Origin: Eledone cirrhosa
Lineage: Eukaryota
Direction of reading: 5' to 3'
Assembly: GCA_964016885.1 (NCBI GenBank)
Contig: OZ024740.1
Span: 240,126,001-240,190,000, forward strand
Length of the DNA stretch: 64,000 nt
The notes under the pieces: model-generated
What the model was told of the DNA's origin: nothing
Seen by the model: the letters and a program-made list of their open reading frames with translations, nothing else
Databases searched by the model: none
Shown here: positions 57,019 to 64,000 of the stretch, in pieces
Layout: each line of letters begins with the position of its first letter
How positions within the stretch are numbered: position 1 is the stretch's first letter
Translations under genes and position numbers: made by a program

Positions 57019-57077
57019 TTCAATGTTGTTAGGCGACCACATAAAGGTGTTTTATGTGGTCGCCTAACAACATTGAA
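57019..57077. repeat. Perfect hairpin with 27-bp arms
   Basis: ttcaatgttgttaggcgaccacataaa-ggtgt-tttatgtggtcgcctaacaacattgaa. Confidence 0.95.
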
Positions 57078-57121
57078 TTAAATCTTAACCATTTAACATC
57101 TCAGGGTATGTCATGTATCAT

Positions 57122-57180
57122 TATATTTTGTCTGATGAGGACGTACAGTCGTACATCCGAAATATGTATAATAAAATGTA
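57122..57180 (+). ncRNA. Minimal type I hammerhead ribozyme with canonical core
   Basis: TATATTTTGT-CTGATGA-GGAcGTAC-agtc-GTACaTCC-GAAA-TATGTA-TA-ATAAAATGTA. Stem I is 10 bp (2 G-U), with G10.1-C11.1 and an AUA triplet. (TA)n follows. Confidence 0.82.
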
Positions 57181-57217
57181 ATTGATCAAAAGAACATCTA
57201 TTTTATTAATATTTGTA

Positions 57218-57256
<39 letters not shown>

Positions 57257-59296
57257 TGTATATATATCGTATAATCAGCAGATTAATAGTAACTTTTCTA
57301 CTCACGTTGTTTTAAGATGAATTGGCACTAAAATCTGCCCTGTTTAGTATTTTTGGCCTGATATTAAGCAGTGGCTTCAGTTAGTGGGCTCTGTAAACAA
57401 GGCTACTGTCGTACTGTGTCTTTATATGGGTCTGTGAGGAAGTAGGCGTACGGCACTGAGAATATTTGTAACTTCGCTTCTTCATTTCATGGTATATGCT
57501 GAAGGTTGGCACTCAACAGCAAGAACATCCCACGCACAGATAAATATACTCACATATAGTTTCACACACACGCCCATGCAGTGTGTACCCGTGTGTGTGC
57601 GTTAGTGGAATTGTGTAAAACTAAAGTAGTGTATATAATACCTACGTATTTCATACAATGTCTAGCATTTTTTGGCAATTATGAAATGCTTTTTTTTTCA
57701 TTCTAGCCTTGTGTACTTTACCTTTGGATTTTAATAGAATGTCAACGTAATTAATGAATGTCTAGCATTTCGGATGTAGCAAAGTATAATAGACAACATG
57801 GATGGGACAATTTATTTACAAATTGTTATCTGTGAAATTATTACTGACTATAGTCCAGTATAATCCTCTATTTGTTCTTCAACCAATTCAATAGTCGTTT
57901 GCAATTTCTTTTCACTTGTTTTCTAGTACTTCATGAAATACACTTGATGTGTCTAATCCGATCTTTACTCTCCAACCAAAGAGCGGCTCATATGAAGACA
58001 TCTTGTTACTAACATGATAAGTCTAGGCCAAAACTTCAATGATTGTTCTCCTCGTCTTGCATCAATATCATAATCTTATGTTCTATATCTTGGTTGGCAT
58101 GTTCCACATGCCCTTGCTTCTGCTTGTACACAAGTTTCCCATGGATAATCTGAAGCTAATGCCATTAGGCTAAAAAAGAACATGCCTGTAAAATCCTCAT
58201 CTGTTACCTGATGACAAGACAAACGGTGCTCTAATAAGAGTGAACATGTCAACCAAGTTGTAGGTTACTCCTTCAGTCCACTTACATTTAAAGGCTTTCA
58301 GAACAATAGATTTCAATAGAACGTCCTGATAGACCAATATAAATTTCTTGTCTCCATCTGAATGAACATTAAAGTTAAACCAAATCAACTTGATAATGAG
58401 GATTAAATGAAGTGATGAAGTGATCAGATGAAGTGATCAACTTAATAACAATTTTTCCTTTTTTTTTTTTTTGGCACCTGAATGTTTCTGTTGACATGAT
58501 GTAAAGCATGACTGATATCCTTGTATTTGGATCACCTTAACCACCCAAGAGCGACAGCTATGACAATCGCATTCGTGTGTTTTATAAAATATTTCACCGT
58601 TTGCCATATAAAGCTGACGTCGATCGACAAAATCTCAAATTTCATTTGCTGACTAAACGGGATGGAATTCGTCAAATCAGACTAAGGAAACAATGTTTTG
58701 GTAGGTTTTTCCATTGCTGGTATTAGCTACTGGTCGCAACTCCTGGCAGAAAGAGCAACGTCAGATAAAGAACATAACACATCGCCCGTTCCGGAAATCG
58801 AATTCCCAACCTCACAATTGCGTTCCAACTTTCTAACCACTAAACTGCGCGCCTTAATACGCCCGTGTTTCTATTGTACAACAATAACATACCTATTCTG
58901 CAAATAACTGTTCCCTTATAGCTGCGCCGCAGCAGTTCAAGCAAAAACCATGGTCTACAAGGCTTAGAGCAAATCAGCCAACTCTACGAACTAGACTCAT
59001 CTTACCCAACACCGCAACATTTGCAAAATCATCATCAGAATCATAAAGGGTGACTCCATTCCGATTGTATCTTTACCAATTTTGTAGAATTTTTTTTTCT
59101 TCTGTTTCTCAACCATTGTGGAATGTGCTCAGTACGTTTGCAGACAAAGCATCTACATTTTCTGTCTGTGTTGCATCCAACTCTACACAGAGCACACAAG
59201 TTAAATCTTCAATAAAACTATCCCCTTCCACTCCATCATACATACACACCAAGTAGGAAAGTGATAAATATATATGTACGACACAACGGCAGAATA

Positions 59297-59929
59297 TACG
59301 AGGGTCGGCTGAGACTAAAACGTTGATAGGCTGACAAAGATACTCACATGGAATGACCACATGAGATTTATTTTTCAAAATATTCCCTGGAAAGAAACAA
59401 TGCAGGTAATAATAATTATTTCTACTTTTGGCACAAGGCCAGCAATTATTCCAGTGTATTACTGGTACTTTATTTTATCGACCCCGTAAGGATGAAAGGC
59501 AAAGTTAACCTCAGCGGAATTTGAACTCAGTCCGTAAAGGGACGTAACTGTGCTGCAAAGCATGGCGTCCGACCCTCTACCAATACTGCCAATGCAGCTA
59601 ATACTACAGCTAGAACTATAAGATAACATTTCAAATGATTGTGAAAATTAGACGCCTTAGGTAAACAACCAGATTATCTTTATGGGGCCCAAACAGGATA
59701 TCGTTCTGAATAGGTTGAAGGGTTTTTAATGATTAGCCACAGAATTTCTTAATTCTTCCTCTACAAAATTGTTTCTACTTTAGGCACAAGGCCAGCAAAT
59801 TACCCAGTACATTACTGGTACTTTATGCAGCTAATAATAATAAGAGTTGAAATTAATGCATGCAAGATTTCCCAGTGCTAGCATCACTCTTTCATAGTCA
59901 GCCTAAGAATTTTTCAGCCGACCCATGTA
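59297..59929. mobile_element. Mariner-like non-autonomous element with nested SINE insertions
   Basis: The left end tacgagggtcggctga...ataggctgac and the right end gtcagcctaagaatttttcagccgacccatgta are imperfect inverted repeats with TA termini. Confidence 0.6.
59415..59593 (-). mobile_element. SINE family A copy
   Basis: Family sequence. The flanks aatgcaggtaata / aatgcagctaata are TSD-like. Confidence 0.88.
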
Positions 59930-62090
59930 TAAGTAAAGATATAAAGTAAACTTACGAGCGTGTGTTTTTAATATATATTTAGATTCATTGTTACAGCTTA
60001 CCACTGAACCAATGTTTGAACTGTTATGCAGATCTGGCGGGCCAATGCAAGATTTCCCAGTGCTAGCATCACTCTTTCATAGTCAGCCTAAGAATTTTTC
60101 AGCCAACCCATGTATAAGTAAAGATATAAAGTAAACTTACGAGCGTGTGTTTTTAATATATATTTAGATTCATTGTTACAGCTTACCACTGAACCAATGT
60201 TTGAACTGTTATGCAGATCTGGCGGGCCAATGCAAGATTTCCCAGTGCTAGCATCACTCTTTCATAGTCAGCCTAAGAATTTTTCAGCCGACCCATGTAT
60301 AAGTAAAGATATAAAGTAAACTTACGAGCGTGTGTTTTTAATATATATTTAGATTCATTGTTTCAGCTTACCACTGAACCACTGTTTGAACTGTTATGCA
60401 GATCTGGCGGGCCAATGCAAGATTTCCCAGTGCTAGCATCACTCTTTCATAGTCAGCCTAAGAATTTTTCAGCCGACCCATGTATAAGTAAAGATATAAA
60501 GTAAACTTACGAGCGTGTGTTTTTAATATATATTTAGATTCATTGTTTCAGCTTACCACTGAACCACTGTTTGAACTGTTATGCAGATCTGGCGGGCCAA
60601 TGCAAGATTTCCCAGTGCTAGCATCACTCTTTCATAGTCAGCCTAAGAATTTTTCAGCCGACCCATGTATAAGTAAAGATATAAAGTAAACTTACGAGCG
60701 TGTGTTTTTAATATATATTTAGATTCATTGTTTCAGCTTACCACTGAACCACTGTTTGAACTGTTATGCAGATCTGGCGGGCCAATGCAAGATTTCCCAG
60801 TGCTAGCATCACTCTTTCATAGTCAGCCTAAGAATTTTTCAGCCAACCCATGTATAAGTAAAGATATAAAGTAAACTTACGAGCGTGTGTTTTTAATATA
60901 TATTTAGATTCATTGTTTCAGCTTACCACTGAACCACTGTTTGAACTGTTATGCAGATCTGGCGGGCCAATGCAAGATTTCCCAGTGCTAGCATCACTCT
61001 TTCATAGTCAGCCTAAGAATTTTTCAGCCGACCCATGTATAAGTAAAGATATAAAGTAAACTTACGAGCGTGTGTTTTTAATATATATTTAGATTCATTG
61101 TTTCAGCTTACCACTGAACCACTGTTTGAACTGTTATGCAGATCTGGCGGGCCAATGCAAGATTTCCCAGTGCTAGCATCACTCTTTCATAGTCAGCCTA
61201 AGAATTTTTCAGCCAACCCATGTATAAGTAAAGATATAAAGTAAACTTACGAGCGTGTGTTTTTAATATATATTTAGATTCATTGTTTCAGCTTACCACT
61301 GAACCACTGTTTGAACTGTTATGCAGATCTGGCGGGCCAATGCAAGATTTCCCAGTGCTAGCATCACTCTTTCATAGTCAGCCTAAGAATTTTTCAGCCA
61401 ACCCATGTATAAGTAAAGATATAAAGTAAACTTACGAGCGTGTGTTTTTAATATATATTTAGATTCATTGTTTCAGCTTACCACTGAACCACTGTTTGAA
61501 CTGTTATGCAGATCTGGCGGGCCAATGCAAGATTTCCCAGTGCTAGCATCACTCTTTCATAGTCAGCCTAAGAATTTTTCAGCCGACCCATGTATAAGTA
61601 AAGATATAAAGTAAACTTACGAGCGTGTGTTTTTAATATATATTTAGATTCATTGTTTCAGCTTACCACTGAACCACTGTTTGAACTGTTATGCAGATCT
61701 GGCGGGCCAATGCAAGATTTCCCAGTGCTAGCATCACTCTTTCATAGTCAGCCTAAGAATTTTTCAGCCAACCCATGTATAAGTAAAGATATAAAGTAAA
61801 CTTACGAGCGTGTGTTTTTAATATATATTTAGATTCATTGTTTCAGCTTACCACTGAACCACTGTTTGAACTGTTATGCAGATCTGGCGGGCCAATGCAA
61901 GATTTCCCAGTGCTAGCATCACTCTTTCATAGTCAGCCTAAGAATTTTTCAGCCGACCCATGTATAAGTAAAGATATAAAGTAAACTTACGAGCGTGTGT
62001 TTTTAATATATATTTAGATTCATTGTTTCAGCTTACCACTGAACCACTGTTTGAACTGTTATGCAGATCTGGCAGATCTGGCGGGCCAAT
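59861..62090. repeat. 185-bp tandem satellite, 12 near-identical copies
   Basis: tgcaagatttcccagtg recurs every 185 bp from 59861 to 61896. Only three variable positions were seen. Confidence 0.97.
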
Positions 62091-62132
62091 TTAGTTCCAT
62101 ACGAGTTTGAACATATGATGAATAGTTATTAG

Positions 62133-62261
62133 CTATTTGCCTTTCATCCTTACGGGGGTCGATAAAATAAAGTATCAGTAATGTACTGGGGTCGATTTAA
62201 TTGACTTTCCCCTCCCCCCCCTCCCCAAATAACTGCCTTTGTGCCAATACTGGAAATCAAT
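62133..62261 (+). mobile_element. 5'-truncated SINE A with 20-bp TSD
   Basis: atatgatgaatagttattag at 62113 and 62262. Confidence 0.8.
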
Positions 62262-62282
62262 ATATGATGAATAGTTATTAGA

Positions 62283-62502
62283 TATTGTCAGTATCGGTAA
62301 AACGTCATACACCATGCTTTGCAGCATAGAGTTATGGTCCTTTATTTTCTGTCTTCAAATCCTGCCGAGGTCAACTTTGCCTTTCATCCTTACAGAGTCG
62401 ATAAAATGAAGCACCAATAATGCACTAGGGTCGATTTAATCGACTCCCCCCCCCCCCCCCAATTCAAATTGCTGGCCTTGTGCCTAAAAAGTAGAAACAA
62501 TT
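62283..62502 (+). mobile_element. SINE family A copy
   Basis: Family sequence ending gtagaaacaatt. Confidence 0.85.
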
Positions 62503-62742
62503 TTGTAGAGGAAGAATTAAGAAATTCTGTGGTGAATCATTAATGACCCTTCAACCTATTCAGAACGATATCATGTTTGGGCCCCATAAAGATAACCTGG
62601 TTGTTTACCTAAGGCGTCTTATTTTCACAGTCATGTATACTAAAACAATCATTTGAAATGTTATCTTACAGTTCTACATACACGCACACTCACACACAGA
62701 GATACATACATATCTCTTTCTCACTCACTCTCTCTCACTCTT

Positions 62743-62782
<40 letters not shown>

Positions 62783-62957
62783 TCTCTCTCTCTCTCTCAC
62801 TCTTTCTCTCTCTCTCTCTCTCACTCTCTCTCGCTCTCTCTCTCTCACTCTTTCTCTCTCTCTCTCTCACTCTTTCTCTCTCTCTCTCTCTTTCTCTCTC
62901 ACTCTTTCTCTCTCTCTCTCGTTCTCTCTCTCTCTCTCTTTCTCTCCATATATATAG

Positions 62958-63130
62958 CGAGTGAAATTCCGTTATAACGAAATTCAGAGGTATAAAAAGT
63001 TCGTTGTAACGAAAGGTTCTTTATAACGAGACAACCTAACACATCGAGCAGGTGGCCGGGGATTGGAAAACATGTCGGTATACTGAAAAATTCGTTATAA
63101 TGGTATTCGTTATAACGAAATTTTACCTAT
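62958..63130. mobile_element. MITE, same family as 25864-26008
   Basis: gtgaaattccgttataacg...cacatcgagc..gtgg.cggggattg...cgttataacgaaattttacct. Confidence 0.7.
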
Positions 63131-63334
63131 GTATACATATAAAGAGAGAGAGAGAGAGCGAGAGCGAGAGAGAGAGGGGGGAATGATTTCTACAGGACTA
63201 GAACTGTTTCATTCGTGTGAAATCATCAGGAATTGTTGTATTTATTGTTTATTTAGTCCAGTAACGTCAGACTTTGGAGTTGCCCAAGTATACTAGTGGT
63301 TCTTTATACATATATTAACGAAGATTTTGTATGG

Positions 63335-64000
63335 TGGGGGTTGATTGGTGGTGGTGGTGGTGGTGGTAGTGGTGGTGGTGGTGGTGGATTGGTGCTGGTG
63401 GTGGTTGTGGTGGTCGTGGTAGATTGGTGATGGTGGTTGTGGTGGTGGTGGTGGTGGTGGTGGTGGTTGTAGTGGATTTGAGGTGGTGGTGGTGGTGGTG
63501 GTGGTGGTGGTGGTGGTGGTGGTGGTGGTTGTGGTGGTAGTGGTGGTGGTGTTGGTGGTGGTGGTTGTGGTGGTAGATTGGTGATGGTGGTAGTGGTGGT
63601 TGTGGTGGTGGTGGTGGTGGTGGTGGTGGATTGGTGGTAATGGTAGTGGTGGTGGTGTTGTTGGTGGTGGTGGTGGTGGAGGTGGTGGTCGTGGATTGGT
63701 GGTGGTGATAGTGGATTGGAGGTGTTGATGATATTTGTGGTGGTGGTCGTCGTATTGGTGGTTGTGGTGGTGGTAGTGTTTCGTGGTGGATTGCTGGTGG
63801 TGGTGGTGGATTGGTGGTGGTGGTGGTAGTGATTGTGGTGGTGGTGGTGGTGGTGGTGGTGGTGGTGGTGGATTGCTGGTGGTGATGGTGTTGGTGATGT
63901 TGATGGTTATGGTGGCGTTGGTGGTGGTGGGGGAGGTTTATTGGTGGTCGTGACGGTTATAGTGGTGTTGGTGTGTGCGTGGGGGATGGGGGTATTGGTG
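63335..64000. repeat. Degenerate (GGT)n microsatellite
   Basis: Direct reading. Confidence 0.95.

Noticed and set aside
59861-62090. CRISPR array or ribozyme-bearing repeat
   Set aside because: There are no unique spacers and the context is eukaryotic. The minus-strand CTGACTATGAAA lacks the CUGANGA core and stem II.
63190-63240. Minus-strand CTGATGA-tttcacacgaat-GAAAC...GTC
   Set aside because: Core and stem II are present, but no convincing stem I; at best a decayed copy.

Overview
This is AT-rich, microsatellite-dense animal genomic DNA. The SINE and LINE families suggest a cephalopod such as Octopus, which is inference only. The only convincing host coding sequence is the last exon of a universal stress protein (UspA-domain) gene at 1081-1329. 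The rest is decayed retroelements (Tx1/L1, CRE, R4/Dong-like, RTE with C2H2 fingers, Penelope-like RT/GIY-YIG), two tRNA-type SINE families, MITEs and three tandem arrays. Most ORFs in the supplied track are microsatellite artefacts. The most notable signal is a set of minimal type I hammerhead ribozyme motifs, all folded by eye. Six sit one per unit in a ~0.5 kb tandem array (42169-45600) with retrozyme or Penelope pseudo-LTR architecture, just upstream of a Penelope remnant. Six more are dispersed, including an antiparallel pair inside a 142-bp-arm palindrome. Other features are a 185-bp satellite built from a mariner-like terminal repeat, recurrent local inverted duplications, and LINEs that appear to target microsatellites.
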